64,000 nt of DNA from Eledone cirrhosa (GCA_964016885.1 OZ024741.1:232004001-232068000), one strand, 5' to 3'. Numbered from the stretch's first letter, positions 40,331 to 54,597 are shown. Translations and numbers: made by a program. The notes: a model not told the origin generated them from the sequence alone.

Positions 40331-41699
40331 TATTCAATCTTCCGAATATGAAAATCAGATTTGATGGAATTTGTACAATACAACAAATATAATATTATTT
40401 CTTCGAACGTGGGACTAGACGGTACAATGTTCTGCGGAGCCCAATAGGGAGAAGATTTAGTGAGGCTTATATTTGAAATATATAGATCCACATAGAAAAG
40501 TTTACCCATAAAACGCAGGAAACATAAAAACACTTTAAACAAATAACAAGACGATTAGTCAGGTCATGTATCCTCCTTTCTTCCCCTCCTTTCCTTAATG
40601 CTGTTATGCATCATAATTGCATAGTGCGTGGGGTCGGCATGGAAACAGAGACGTCTGCCCAACGACCTTAGTTAATTACGTCTGGACGTGGTGCACCATT
40701 GTGTAGTCGCTTACATTCATTCTCGATTATTACAAATATAGGCAACGTTCTGGACGTGAGAATAGCGACAGAAGTGCTTTTAAACTGATGACAATCTATG
40801 CCCTAGCACCAGTAGGGTGGTCACTCATTCAGAGTCTTAGTGACAACCCTAAACCATATCACTCATTAGTAATAGAGGGCGATATATTTTGTATGAACCG
40901 ATTCTGTAAGAATAAAAGTTAGACGATTTGAAGGCAAAATCATCGTTAACCTGTTCAGTTTTATCCAATTGTCTGACAGGATTGATTTCGAAATTTTCAG
41001 AAGGGGCGTTATGAACTTGTCAAATAGCAGTAACTCTTGCATGTAGGACTTACTTAGAATGTTCTTTAGGTTTCATTTAGAAATAGTGTAGTAAATTACT
41101 CAAAACATGTTATCATTGGCTGCACATTATAGATTCAAGTGAGGAACATCTCTCAGTCTGATATCTTATCTATATATAATATCCACACATTAAGGTGTTT
41201 AAGTATTAGAGACTAATTTGTGCCGTCAAATTAAACCTGATCATATGCCAGCGAGCCTCTTTCTGGAGCTGCACGCCTCATCCACAGCGCAGAAATATTT
41301 AAAAGACGAATGACCGAACTAGTTAGGAAGGAATCGAAGGCGGTGGTCAATAAGGATCAACAATAAGGGGTGGGTTTCACTGAAAAGATAAAAATAAAAT
41401 TTACATCAGTTATCTTTAGCACAATTAACCAAAAGTAGAGGTACCCTAACCTTTCACAATCTATGTACATATCTCTTTCTTGAACTGGCCATTTGCAACT
41501 CCTGTTTCCATCAGAAGAACGCTCATAAGGTTTCAGCAAAGATAGAAACATGGGCATATTATTGATTATTCCATCTTCTGTCGTAAACGGGATTTCAGGT
41601 TGTCTGCAATATTTGGGTCATGTGAGGAACAGACAATGATCCAGTGTGTGGCAAATGGACTCGAGAACATTGGAACACGTGATGAATCAGGCTTTTGGC

Positions 41700-42570
41700 T
41701 CTAAAGACCACGTACAGGATACCACTCAGGTCTAAGGGTGAGTCTGTCCTTTTTAAAGATTCGAAAATATACTGAACACTGGAGCGAGCAATTTACGCAT
41801 CCTCTCTATAATCCCTCGGAGTTTTGCGGAGGTATCTTTAATAACTTGCCTTAATTGTATATAATTCAAGAAATGTCAGATCATCCTAATCTGGCAGATG
41901 TCCAACAGACTGTAGGGAAGATTGATAGGTGGAAGGCACCGGGTCTTGATGGTCTTGCTTCATAGATGTGACGAAATTGCTGAGGATATTTACCATTTGA
42001 TTGCTGATAATCGGAGACGTACGCCTGTTTCTCAACTATGGATGCATGCGATACTTGTTTCCTTGTTCAAGGGGAATAACTGTTCTTAGAACAGGGGGTA
42101 ATGTATTGCAAAACATCTCTTTAATAAGGTTACCAAATGTATTTGCCCTTGAGTGATTAAGTAGACACAATGTAGCTTTAGATCGGGCAGGAGCACAATG
42201 GACGTAATCGTTCCGGCTCAGCAGCTGCAGGTAAAATGTTTAGAACGTGGCTTTAGCCCAGGATTTTATTGACCTACACAGGATTTTGACTCCGTTAATA
42301 CGGATGATCTGTGGACCATTCATGGTTAGGTGGAATGCACTTCGGGTTTCGTGAGATTGTTAAAACAACTACATCGAGGGAAGAAAAGGAGGGTTTACTC
42401 TGCAGGTTGTCTGTCTAAACCCATAACCATTAAAAATGGAATTCAAACAAATAGACATCCCAGCACCGACTCTGTTCTCCTTGTTCTTCGTCGTGATACT
42501 CAAAGAAGCTTTTCAGAATTGCGATATATGTGTGTACCTACATTTCAGAACCACGGAAAGAGTGGAGAAT
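41700..42570 (+). mobile_element. Old RTE-like LINE remnant
   Basis: GKAPGLDG, FRSGRSTMDV, FIDL...FDSVN and YLHFRTT motifs in broken frames. Confidence 0.6.
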
Positions 42571-42676
42571 TAACAGAATATTATATTTTGACAATTTAAT
42601 ATGCCGTGAGTTAAAATATACATATGTATATATATGATTCTTTACAGACGAGGGCCATCTCTTCAACAATGTTGTT

Positions 42677-42678
<2 letters not shown>

Positions 42679-42751
<73 letters not shown>

Positions 42752-42755
42752 GGAG

Positions 42756-42798
<43 letters not shown>
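42679..42798 (+). repeat. (GA)n microsatellite
   Basis: Direct inspection. The many (TA)n/(CA)n/(GA)n tracts elsewhere (e.g. 27620-27686, 28917-29143, 50917-51035, 62113-62286) are not listed individually. Confidence 0.95.
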
Positions 42799-43003
42799 AC
42801 GGGTTAAAAACCGCTCGGTAAAACGTGCGTACTCGAGTACGGTTTGCTAATTTGCTGTGGAACTAACTCTATATCGAGATCGTCCTCTGGACTGGGTGCT
42901 CTACTTCCTACATATTTAACTCCCATTTTTTTACCACTGTATATATATATATATATACATATATGTGTGCGTGTGTGTATATATTTATATTCTCTTTGAT
43001 CAG

Positions 43004-43094
43004 ATGCAAATTCCAGTATTAAGATGATGATACTTATAATTGTAATGATCCTGTGCCTCTTTTTCATTGGAGCGGCGTTAGCATTTTACGCCTG
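43004..43094 (+). CDS. Host gene exon G: transmembrane helix
   Basis: Acceptor tctctttgatcag and donor GTATGT; 91 bp, phase 1-2. It encodes DANSSIKMMILIIVMILCLFFIGAALAFYA(W), about 23 hydrophobic residues, in frame with exon F. Confidence 0.85.
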
Positions 43095-43176
43095 GTATGT
43101 GATTTTCTTTTTCTTTTATCCTTATTATTTTTCTAATACTTTACTTTGAATGAGTATGAGGTGTAGTTATATAATC

Positions 43177-43367
43177 AATAATTGTTTCTACTTTAGGCAC
43201 AAGGCCAGCAATTACCCAGTGCATTACTGGTACTTTATTTTATTGACCCCGTAAGGATGAAAGGCAAAGTCAACCTCGGCGGGATTTGAACTCAGATCGT
43301 AAAGGGACGTAACTATGCTGGAAAGCATGGCGTCCGACCCTCTACCGATACTGCCAATCCACCGAGG
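43177..43367 (-). mobile_element. tRNA-derived SINE
   Basis: Reverse complement of the 18292-18485 family. Confidence 0.88.
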
Positions 43368-44182
43368 GTAATGGAACTCAATAGATTTCAGCGATGAGTT
43401 TTCAAATTATTTGGTGACTAAAATGACCTCATATTTAAAGAACTCTTTAACTCAGTTTCATTCATAAACCTTAATTGTAGCCAATGGTTATGTTAACAAA
43501 CACTAATACATAATACCATGCAGTGGGAGCGATATCGGGACAGCATGACAGGGAATTAATATTTGCTGCAATTCGTTCATGCTGCGCTCATTGAGACATA
43601 AACCTAACTTGAATTCCTAAGTCATAAAATTAGAACGATTTATATATATAGGAACACATATTTTCCCCTTTACGTTGCTTGGTGAAAATTAATTACCAGT
43701 TATATTGATATTAAATAAAATAAGTGCCATGTCATTGCAATAAATATTCGACTAATCATTGCTTCATCTTATTTGACCAGGGAATTTTGTTAGGTTTCTT
43801 TACTTGACACCGACTCAGTATTTGTCTTGATATTGAAACGATGACAAAAATATTTGCCTCAAAGACATTTGAACACAGAGACACCAGTCAAAAAGCTATA
43901 AACTTTAAATTATCTAATTATATAGGAATATAAACAATTGTTACTATAGTTAGAAATGTCAGTGGTGTGAATGTGTGCGAGTTTAACAGCACTGTATGTA
44001 TATATATATATATGCTCTGTAGGCGTATTGCTTATAATAATATATTTCTTACATAGGTAACCTCATATAAACTAGCATGACATATTTATTATGAAATTTA
44101 AACGTAAGAGATAAAGTAAGCGAGATAAGTTTCTATTACGTGACACACTGGTTGTTAGTAAAATATTTACATGATGTTTCAG

Positions 44183-44312
44183 GAAAAAAATACGAGATAA
44201 TAAACAAAAAAGAAAAGAAGAAGAAGGAGATGAAGGAGAAGAAGAAGATGAAGAAGAAGAAGATGAAGAAGAAGACGAAGAAGAAGAAGACGAAGAAGAA
44301 GTCTCAAATTAA
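44183..44312 (+). CDS. Host gene terminal exon H: basic stop-transfer plus poly-acidic cytoplasmic tail
   Basis: TTTCAG acceptor, and phase 2 completes TG+G = Trp. It reads KKIRDNKQKRKEEEGDEGEEEDEEEEDEEEDEEEEDEEEVSN-stop (TAA 44310-44312). Basic residues follow the TM as the positive-inside rule predicts. Confidence 0.78.
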
Positions 44313-44451
44313 TCAAGACACTCTGGAAATATCGGGAAGTTAACGCAATGAGGGTATTCCGCAAGATACGCGTGCGTTGCTTCTTAGTGACGCTTCATTT
44401 TCTATATTTGTTTTTTTTTATTTTGTGACACGAGGATAGTCGCGAAAACAA

Positions 44452-44457
44452 AATAAA
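44452..44457 (+). promoter_or_regulatory. Candidate polyadenylation signal of the host gene
   Basis: AATAAA 140 bp after the stop, followed by GT/T-rich sequence. The region is AT-rich, so a chance match is possible. Confidence 0.4.
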
Positions 44458-44717
44458 TAATTGTTTAGTCTCTGTTATGGTGTATTTTATACATTTTATG
44501 ATTTCCCAAAATATCATAAAAGACAATTGATAAACATTGTAGATAATAAGGACACCAACCTATGGAATTAAATGAGGCAGGCATCATTTTGAGGAACAAC
44601 AGGTGTACTGCCATATGTTGGCACTATTTTGTGGGATGAGACTCAATATTGCGTACATAGACACACACACACACACACATACTTATGCATATACACATAA
44701 TAGCGTGTGTATATATC

Positions 44718-47400
44718 CTAGCAGAGGCATCCGGTGTTGCCCGGGATGAAATTGTTCCTTATATATTAAAAGAAAGAAGCAAAATATGTTGTATAGAAAG
44801 TTATTATTCTAAATTCAATGTATTCTTCAAGTGGTATAAATGATGAAATCAATTCTGAATTCATAATACAAGAAAAAAATAAAATACAAAATTTACCACT
44901 TTTATGAAGCGAGATAAATTGAATCACATAGAAGGAAATTATGCAAGAGCTTCTGGGTAAATATCATTCTTTGTTTTCTGGTTTGGTGTATACACGAATA
45001 AGTATTTTAAACTACCCACTCTGGAGCAACCAACATAAACTTGACCATGAGAAAGGCAAGGCTCAATTAAGTGCAAACCAGTAGATTTCAAAGTCTGACC
45101 TTGAGAGTTATTTGTAGACATCGGTAAGAAAATCGCAATTGGAATTGTGTTCGTGTGAACTCAAATGACATGTCTGTTGGTCTTATTTGAATTCTTGGAA
45201 TGAAAATATCTTCTTCAGGGGCACATCCAGTAATTATTGCAGCTTCTATCACATTATGTGATAGTGTCTTCACAATCAACCTTGTCCCATTACATAATTT
45301 AGGAGAATCTAAATTTCTTAGAAGCATTATTGGGACTTTTACCTTAAGAAAAAGTTTATGTGGAGGCGATCCAGTGGCTCAAGTGAATTAAGGAAGTCTG
45401 CTGGGCTGAATCAACTGATATAGTACTTCTTAATGATTGTTGGAATCTTATTCATTAATTCATGGTTAATGATTGCTACTCTCTCGTTTTTATTTAACAA
45501 GATTTGCCCTTTCACACAACCATTCATGTGAATTATAATTATTACTGAAGTTTGGAAATACCCTGGCCTTCAATTCAGCTGTGGGGATTTACCATGACAA
45601 TATGAGCAAAATTGATATCAACATTCCCATCAACTGCTACTTTCTCATTTTCTAATTGGAGAAGACCGGTTGAAAACTGTTCTGAAAATTGGTCCCCATG
45701 TAATAAACCTCGCATGTTAGTATTGAAGGAGAATTTATGTACTTTATTCCATAGGGATGAAGACTTAATTCATGCTTTTATTTCATCAGCTCTTGTTGGT
45801 CTCGGAATGACTAGTAATATCTGTCTGAAGTTTCCTGAAGAAACTAATGTAACTCCTCCCAGAGATTTATTGTTGCCTCTTATGTGGTGGAGGCACGTAG
45901 CCTAGTGGTAAGGGTGTTGGACTTACGATGATAATGTCAAGGCTTCGATTCTTTGGTTGCGTGTTGTGTTCTTGACCAAAAGACTTCATTTCACGTTGCT
46001 CCAGTATACTCAGCTGAAATGAGTACTAGTAATAGCTGGTGTGTTAAGTATGTGATGGACTGGTGTCTTGTCCAGGGGCGAGTCTTGTACTGTCAGTCGC
46101 TTCATAGCATGAAACCGTAAGGACTTAACAAGTTTTTCTATTGCAACTCTATGTAACATGGTCTATTCCTCCCAAACGACCAGGTGGCATTGGCGCAACA
46201 CTCCTGCCGAACCTGAACATTTGCTTATGTTATAAATTGGACTGTCATTTAAGAATAGGTTTAGCGGTAATTTAAAACCAGGATGAATGGTTTGTCCTCC
46301 TTGGAAATGGTGGCAGCAATGCCAGATGATGCTACTGCAACAGATATTCTTTTTTGTTGCCTTACCTTGATGAGAAGAAATGTTGTTACAAACGTTTCAC
46401 CTGTACCACCTGGAGATCTAGAAAGAAACCCAACCCCCCGCTTTTTCTCTGACTGACGAAATAGTTATGTTATATGAAAAGCGTTGTTCTGGAAGAAGTT
46501 TAAGTTCATGTTCATTCACAAATGCAGCCAAATCTGTGATGTTATAATTTGTTTCTCTTGCTATATCTCTTGAAGTTAAATCACTAATTTAACGGTTTGC
46601 CTTTAGCAGACCAGAGATACACTCTTGCAATTTTGTGTCTCCCATGGCCAAAACGTGATCTTCAATCTCAATCAGTGCTTGGTAGAAATGTTTTACAGAA
46701 AACTGTATATTGATATCTGGGTTTGCCTTTTGAACTGCATACATTAATCCTCAGCATCTCATGATGTTTCAACAAAGCTGTAGAATTCAACATTGATATG
46801 AGTTTTGAAAGCTTTTGTAAGAAGAGGACAGTGGAGTAGAACACACCGATTGTCTCGATGAATTCTTGCCCATTTCTCTTTTTTCCTTTTCGAAGTAAAT
46901 CCACCATGCCCAGGTTTTCTTATCCTGTAAAAGGGATAGCCACCTTCTCTAGTTTGAGTTTCGTGTACAGAGGAACGCGTTTAGTTCTTGGTACACTTAT
47001 TATCCATCATGCATGGGGAATATGGATTAATTAAACCGTAGCGCCCATGAAACAAATGTGACTTGTGAATTTCATGCAGCAAAGGATCAGACAGTTCAGC
47101 TGAGATAAATAAATCAATATAATTTGGCCGAAGTTGTTCATATGACCAAATTAAAATGTGGGAAATTTGTTGCCATTCAATTGTGTACATGTCACATTTG
47201 ACTGGTCCAAAGACTTCACTTTTTTTTAGGCGATCCATCAGCTTTATGACTTAAAGTCAGAAGAAACTAGTTATAATATCGTGACGATCTTAAAGTCTTT
47301 ATTGATGATAAAGCTCACTCATCATTTCATACCATGTTACATGTGAATGTAATGAAGAGGTATGGCCGTTTTGTAGTCTACATTTAGTAAAATCACGTGC
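44718..47400 (-). mobile_element. Helitron (Rep/PIF1 helicase) pseudogene with intact 3' terminus
   Basis: Rep fragment IEWQ..HILIW; helicase [39 protein letters not shown] and QGQTL...SHGQVYVGCSRV. A 3' hairpin CCGGGCAACACCGG is followed by CTAG at 44721-44718. Confidence 0.9.
45886..46125 (+). mobile_element. Second-family tRNA-derived SINE inserted in the Helitron
   Basis: Head GGAGGCACGTAGCCTAGTGGTAAGGG (A box) ... GGCTTCGATTC (B box); it interrupts the helicase coding sequence. Confidence 0.7.
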
Positions 47401-47404
47401 CTAA

Positions 47405-48500
47405 AATTATCGATAAAATCCCCTTTCTATGAATCGTTTCTCAGCATTGCATTCACTCCTCGGCTGACAGAAACGGTGAATTCTCCTGTTCTGCTTCTGC
47501 TGCCAATTGCAGAATACGTATAACAAGATGTCGCCAAACAAGTCTTCAATATGAACACAAGACCCGTAGGGCAGTCCATCGAAACCGGGTGATTTACTTC
47601 TCGTGCAGCTGTTCATTCTGGTATGACCGCGGGTTTTATTGCCGTTCCGAAACACTCCGCTTCCGTCACCAATATCAATGGTTGCCCGTCGAGATGAGCA
47701 GTGAAGTACATCACGTGATCCCGCGTGCTGCTGTTCAAGGACAATCAGGCAAAATGTTTGGTACTGAAAAGCCGTACATGGTGCATCAGAGACCGGTTTT
47801 AGAATTTTGTTCCCAAGCTGTTCCTCTGCCATTCAAGCCTACTGAACGGCCTTCGTCTCTTGGTGTCTAAAAGTACGTGCCTTAGCTCTGACCAAACAGC
47901 CTTCGTGCTTAGCATTGAAGACTGTCCAGGTCCACTCTCTCCGCCAGAAAGTCGCTTGCGAAGCCTTTGCTAATAACCGCTTCTATATGTTTAACTAGTA
48001 CTCTCTCCTATCTAACTTCCTCTAATGATAAGAAGATGGTCCATATTGCGAGATTCTGGTCTTTCCGGAACAACACGATAAATTCGCATCTATATTCCGG
48101 ATGGCTCGTAGTTGAGTACAACATTCAGCCGCCGAAGATGAATGACACAGTACTTGCGTAAGAGTGCCTGGTCAGAGAAATGACGTTAACATATATGTCC
48201 AATTACCTGAGGTCCTAGAACAGGTGGCGTTGCTTCCAAGACGACCCGAGTACATGTGCATTTACATTGCCTAACTTGAGTGAGGCCATGATCGTCAAGG
48301 AGGAGGAGGAAGTGGGAAATACCAGTTACCTGAGATTTGTTCAATACGGACTGTTGTTCCTTCCTTCCCGTTGCTTGTGGTCTGTTCTTTCGAATTGTTT
48401 GTATAGATTATTTTAGATAGCGACACTCGGACAAATCCAAAAGAAACGGGGAAATGTGTTTTTAGGTGTGTGTATGTGTTTTGTGGCAAACCATGTACTC
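47405..48500 (-). mobile_element. Tx1/L1-like fragments (EN start, linker, RT start)
   Basis: RSKSPGFDGLPY and segments similar to 1930-2420 and 3180-3420. Confidence 0.75.
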
Positions 48501-48934
48501 TAGTGTAATTTGACGTCTTGCAGTACTGTTTGTACGTAAGGGTTACATCATGACGTCTCGTTGATAACAGGTTTAAGCAGGTAAGAGCCCTCTCCCTACG
48601 TTGTATCCATCCATCTTATAGGTGGCTATCAAATGATCGGAATAAACGTTTAAACAGAAGTTACATAGTCATATCGTATTTCTTTGAAAGCGGCGTGGAG
48701 CTGTTTTGCAATCATCACTAAGCGACCTGCATCAGTTTGACATCATCAGATGTTAACACAATTATGTGGATAAATCGATCTGTTGTTTGCTAATATGACC
48801 ATGTTTGCGAAGTCCGGAAAACACAGGTCGCTGCCGTCACGATTGTTTAACAGCACCAAGCTTGTATAACAGTAGTGTGTATAATAATTATGATTATGTA
48901 ACATGTATGAATGGACTCAACGCCTGTAGATCAT

Positions 48935-49190
48935 ATAATTATTTCTACTTTTGGCACAAGGCCAGCAATTACCCAGTGTATTACTGGTACTTTATTTTAT
49001 CGACCCCGTAAGGATGAAAGGCAAAGCTAACCTAGGCGGGATTTGAACTCAGAATGGCAAGGGCCGTAACTCGATGCGTAGATTATATAATTGTTTCTAC
49101 TTTTGGCACAAGGCCAGCAAATACCAAGTGTATTACTGGTACTTTATTTTATCGACCCCGTAAGGATGAAAAGCAAAGTTAATCTCAATG
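48935..49190 (-). mobile_element. Two tandem partial SINE copies
   Basis: Two successive tttctacttttggcacaaggccagc...cgaccccgtaaggatgaaa units. Confidence 0.85.
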
Positions 49191-49963
49191 ACGTCAAAGT
49201 GTGGATATTGAATAAACACCACAAACAAACCACACAATTCGCGTTCTAAGTTCTCAAATTTTCTTCGTGTTTCTAAGCGCCTCCCAAATAATCGATTTAT
49301 ATATTTCTTAGAATTTCGATTTATTTTTAGTCCCCTAGTTATTTTATTATGTGTTTGTTCTTTTAGGTCAGATTCTCTCCCCTAAATCTATCCGGATTAT
49401 CTGTCCATTGTTTGACTCTCCACACTTTATTTTAGTCCCCTTGAGTAAACACTTCTGTTCATTTTTATAGACAGAATGAACAAAAGCAATCGCCGTTCTG
49501 TCTCAACTTGCTCAGTTTTCTCAGGGAATTTTTCCGAATTTGGATGCAATAGTATCTGCATAACCTTTCCTTTCTTCATTATGCACCAACTCTTCGCACT
49601 TTATCCTGTATTTCGTCTTGGACCTGATAGTTTTGTGGAAATCTTTGGCTTTAGGCTGTCTCAAGTTGCAGATAACTAGACGGTGATAAGGCGAGAGCTC
49701 AGCCCCTCTGTAATCACGAAAATCTTTTCTACACAAACCCTCTTGGCAGCTACTATGTGTCAGTATGTATGTATATGTAGAAATGCATACACATTTTTGT
49801 ACAATTCCTCACGTTCCAAGACCCATCCTTCAAACATAAGAACACACCTACACTAACACAAACCAAAGAGTAATTGTGTTTAATTTCATATTTACGGCAA
49901 TTTTATAACAACATAATCCTCCCCAAATATAACTATATATAGGTGTGTGGTGTACGTTTGTGA

Positions 49964-50071
<108 letters not shown>

Positions 50072-50076
50072 TAGTG

Positions 50077-50700
50077 TATTAGTAAAATTCATCTTGTCAA
50101 ATGTCGAGTATTACAATTATAAAAGATTGATAACAATTAAAAACTAAAAATTAAAGATTTCGAATTAAGAGATAAGTTTTTTCATCTTTCTTATTGGGAT
50201 GGAGACTTGAAAATGAAGTCTTGTGTATAGAGAGAGAGGTGTAGTCATAAAGTAGCAGCTACAGTTGTGGTAGGTGTGTTTCTTCACAGAACAAATTGTT
50301 TTTTGGGACAAAGGAAATATTCTTTAAATATGTGTGTGTATCTCAATTGTATTAATGGACTGGTCAAGAGTTCAGATGGGCGAAAAGGGGAGTTGTAAGT
50401 TAGAGACAAATCCTACGGGATTGGCAACAGTAGGGCTGTAAAAGTAATTCTGTTTTAGGAATATGGTTTTAGAGAGAGTGTACATGTGTATTTGTATGTA
50501 CAACACACGTAGCACAACGACTGCTGCTACTTTATGATTAGACCTCTCTCTCTGTACATTAGAGTTTATTTCCAGTCTCCTTCTCAACAAGGAAGATGAA
50601 AAAACTTAATTTTAAATCTTTAATTTTTAGTTTTTAATTCTTATTAATTCATTTTAATTGTAATACTCGACATGTGACACGATGAATTTTACTAATACAT
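50077..50700. repeat. Diverged inverted repeat (about 180-bp arms), probably Penelope-like termini
   Basis: 50077-50260 resembles the reverse complement of 50524-50698; related sequence lies near 61825-61860. Confidence 0.6.
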
Positions 50701-50908
50701 CGAAACCGGCAATATAGATTATATACATTATAAAACTCTTTTTTAAAAGAATTGTCTCTCATTTTTCTAATAATGTCCAGTTGACAAATCAAAGAAAGGA
50801 AAAAAAAGAAAGACAGCGCCTAAAATATATTTTGCGTTCTATTTCCAAATTCACCTTTTCTCTATAACCACTATTTTGTATAGAACCATACTTTCCTTTT
50901 CATATATA

Positions 50909-51067
<159 letters not shown>

Positions 51068-51109
51068 CGTGTGTGTGTGTATGTGTGTGTGTATACATAT
51101 TTTAAAGAC

Positions 51110-52830
51110 ACATTACTTGATGGTTTTGACAATAAGGATCAACAATTACAGACGTCCAATATAGAGGAATAGAGAGAATTCCTGAAAGTTAACTTGCTGA
51201 AGGCGGAAAATGTAATATGTGGCTGGAGCAGAACGTTAGGTCTGAGGAGAGGAACTTGGTTGTGGAACAGTAGGGTGGATGAGACAATCAAGTCGGATTG
51301 GCAGCCTTGGAAAGAATGGTCGATTGGGGATAAAGTTCATCGAACAGAGGGAACAACTGTGCAAGTTAATGATAGTATAGTAAATAAGGCAATCAAAGAT
51401 ATCAAGACAAGTAAGGCAGCTGGGCGTTCGCATATAGTTGCTGAGATGTTGAAAGCATCTGAAACGGTGGGGCATACTCTGGTCACACGCATAGTAAACC
51501 AAGTAATACAGAATGAGTTCATACCAAATAACTGGCGTAGCTACATCGTCGTTCACTGCTACTCGGGAAAAGGAGACGCTCTAGATAGAGAAACCTAGAG
51601 ACATTAAGTTAGTTGACTAGGTCATGAAGGTTACAGAAAGAATTATCAAACAACTGATTAGAAACCGAATTCATCATGATAAAATGCAGTTTGGTTTTTT
51701 GCAAGTTGAGAGTACCACAGATGCTCTGTTTATTGTACTTCCACCACAGGAGAATTACCTAGCTAAAGGTAAACCTCTCTACTTAGCTTTTATTGGCTTG
51801 GAGAAAGTCTTTGACAGAGACCCGCGCTCCATTATCTGTTGGGCTCTTAGAAAACTAAGAGTAGATGAGTGGCTTCTGAACGCTGTACAAGCCATGTATA
51901 GAGGAACAATCAGCTAGATTACAATTAGCAATGAATATATTGTAAGTAGTAAGTGCCCACTGGATACTAGCCCATTCAACTGCCCAGATGGCTCTATAGA
52001 AATAGTAGACACTTCCGTTACCTGAGTAACAAAATCAAGAGTGGGGGAGGGTGTTCTGAAATTACAGTAGCCAGAGTTAAAACAGGGTGGAAAAAGTTCA
52101 GAGAGCTAATACCACTGTTGGCCACAAAGGTTTCCTCGCTAGAAATGAACGTCAGATTGTTTGATGCTTGTATGCCACCACTAATATTACATGGTAGTGA
52201 GTCATGAGCATTGTGTCCAGAATATCTGCGCAGATTGGGATGAAATGAAGCATGCATGCGCCGATTGATGTGTAATAGTAATATAAACGAACGGGAAATC
52301 GTTAGCGAACTAAATGAAAATATAGGCATAAGACGGATCCGATACAGTTTACCAGAGAGGAGATTACGTTGGTTTGGTGATGCGTATGAAGGGCGACAGC
52401 TTAATAAAAATGTGCTGGGCGATAAAAATTAATGGAAGCTACGGAGTAGGTAGACCCAGAAATATCTGGCATGCGGTGATAAAAGCTAACCTTGCACACT
52501 TGCACCTATCTAAGACATTGTGATAGGATCGATATCTTAGACGCTATATAGTAATACAGAAGACCAGCTTTCCCTTGCGTATGGATTTAAACCTACTCAC
52601 CCACGTCAGCCCACACCACGCCATCTCTTTAAATTTATGTTGCTACCACAGAATATCCAGCCCACACTCTAAATGTGTTTGGCGTTAGAAAGTGCATCCA
52701 GTCGTAGATATCCAGCCAGAAACAGTTCTATACGAGTAAGACACTGTCACCCGACCCAACTTGCCTCAAGTAGGACGAATCCGTCTAACCTATGCTAGCG
52801 TGAAAGATAGACGTTAAACGAAGATGATGA
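51110..52830 (+). mobile_element. RTE-clade LINE, internally deleted
   Basis: KTSKAAG, MKVTERII...MQFGF...LEKVFDR and LRWFG; same family as 15450-18290. Confidence 0.85.
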
Positions 52831-54536
52831 ATATATATACATATATATATAGAGAGAGCGAATGAGAGAGAGCGAGAAAGAGAGAGAGAGAAAGTGAGAG
52901 AGAGAGAGGGAGTGAGAGGAAGAGAGGGAGAAAGAGAAGAAGAGAGGGTTAGAGATAGGAAGAGAGTGAGAGAGGGTGATTTGAGAGAGAAGATAAAAAT
53001 TGTATCCGTACTTTATTTTTCAACTTCAAAGGAAGTTGACATGTTGCTCATAGTGCTGTGAATTCGAAGCCATAGTGCTATATTTTTCTGGGGTTTGAAC
53101 TCTAGCGATTCCACGAATTTTCACAGAAAATGTAAAAATACCAAAAATGTTTTGCTTCTATAAACAGTCACTGATGTCCGCTACATCAGCCATTCTACCA
53201 CAGGGAGTTCCTTTCGTAGGTGATATAATGTTACGATAACGCCACCTAAACGCCATATATTAAATGATGTCGAATTTTAACACAAGGAACGCTCGAGGTG
53301 ATTCTCGACCAAGCAGAAGTTCTTTGGGGTTTTGCTTCAAATCTATAAGTACCGCTCTTTTTGTATTGACGTACACTATATGTCCTTGCGGAGTCGATAA
53401 AATAAAGCACCAGTACGCAGGGGGATAAGTGCTGGCCTTGTGCCAAAAGTAGAAAGAATTATGCTTTTCTCACGCAACTCTCTTCTTGGGCGAGAATTTT
53501 GGGCGAGAATTTTGTAGAATGCTGCATATGTTTCGCAGCGAAATCATTTGATATTTGGCGTTAACAAGGGGCCTTTGTAACATATTCATTTTTCAATTCG
53601 GTGAAGAAGATTGGCAACCTGTGTGTCAATGGCATGAGGGGATTATACAGCAACCGTTGCAAAATAAAATGTATTTTATTTTTGTAAACAATGAATATTT
53701 ATCTAAATATTGATTGTGAAAATGTTTCTTTTACATACATATTATTCCATATAATAAGGTTTTGCAAGCCCTCAGCGATCGGTGAAGTACGGTCTTAAAT
53801 AGCTGCAGATATAGAGTTGTATAAATTAACAACACCTACATTTTGGTGGCCAATACCAGACTCCACTGTGTTGAAAATATTCAGAATATGTCTTCCACGT
53901 AAAGGTACCTTTCTCCCACATACTTTACCTCGCTCTTGGCTGCCTCAGACGCCATGAAAATGCATATGAGCACTACTCACCACTAATTGCCTAAATGACT
54001 GAAGAAACAAAAAGTCAGATATATGGATGAATAAAGAAATAATACAAAATCTAAAAAAAAAAATCGCCAAATCAATTCCAATCCTAAATATCTCGTGAGT
54101 GATATACTAGAAGTTAATAGAATGGGAAAACACGACGTCTCGTGACACTGAACGTGTACGATTGTTCCGTTGGCATCGTCATCATGATGAACGCCTCTCC
54201 GATAACAAGTTTCAGATCCAGGAAATCAGATGCATTTTCTAACTTTCGATTTAAAGTGTGTTAACCTGCCTTGCAATGCCTCCACATTCTATTGCTGGAA
54301 TTATTATTTTATTAACGTTGGAGTCAGCATTAGCCATTGGTAAGTAATAACATCCTTGCTAACTTATTTACATATTGAATGTTTTCTTTGGCTGTCTGTC
54401 ATGAAATGCTTTACCCTCATTGTTATTAAATGAGTACATCTTAATAATTAGGGCAGTATATTCTACCATTGTATCAATTGAAACAACATCTAAGATCAAC
54501 ACTATGTGTATTTTCACATACACACACACATTAATA

Positions 54537-54597
<61 letters not shown>

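Noticed and set aside
42648-42680. Possible stalk exon after TTTACAG
   Set aside because: There is no consensus donor before the (GA)n tract, and exon F already joins the TM exon in phase.
44140-44343. Poly-Lys ORF in the ORF track
   Set aside because: It is the wrong frame of the GAA repeat; splicing from the TM exon selects the Glu/Asp frame.
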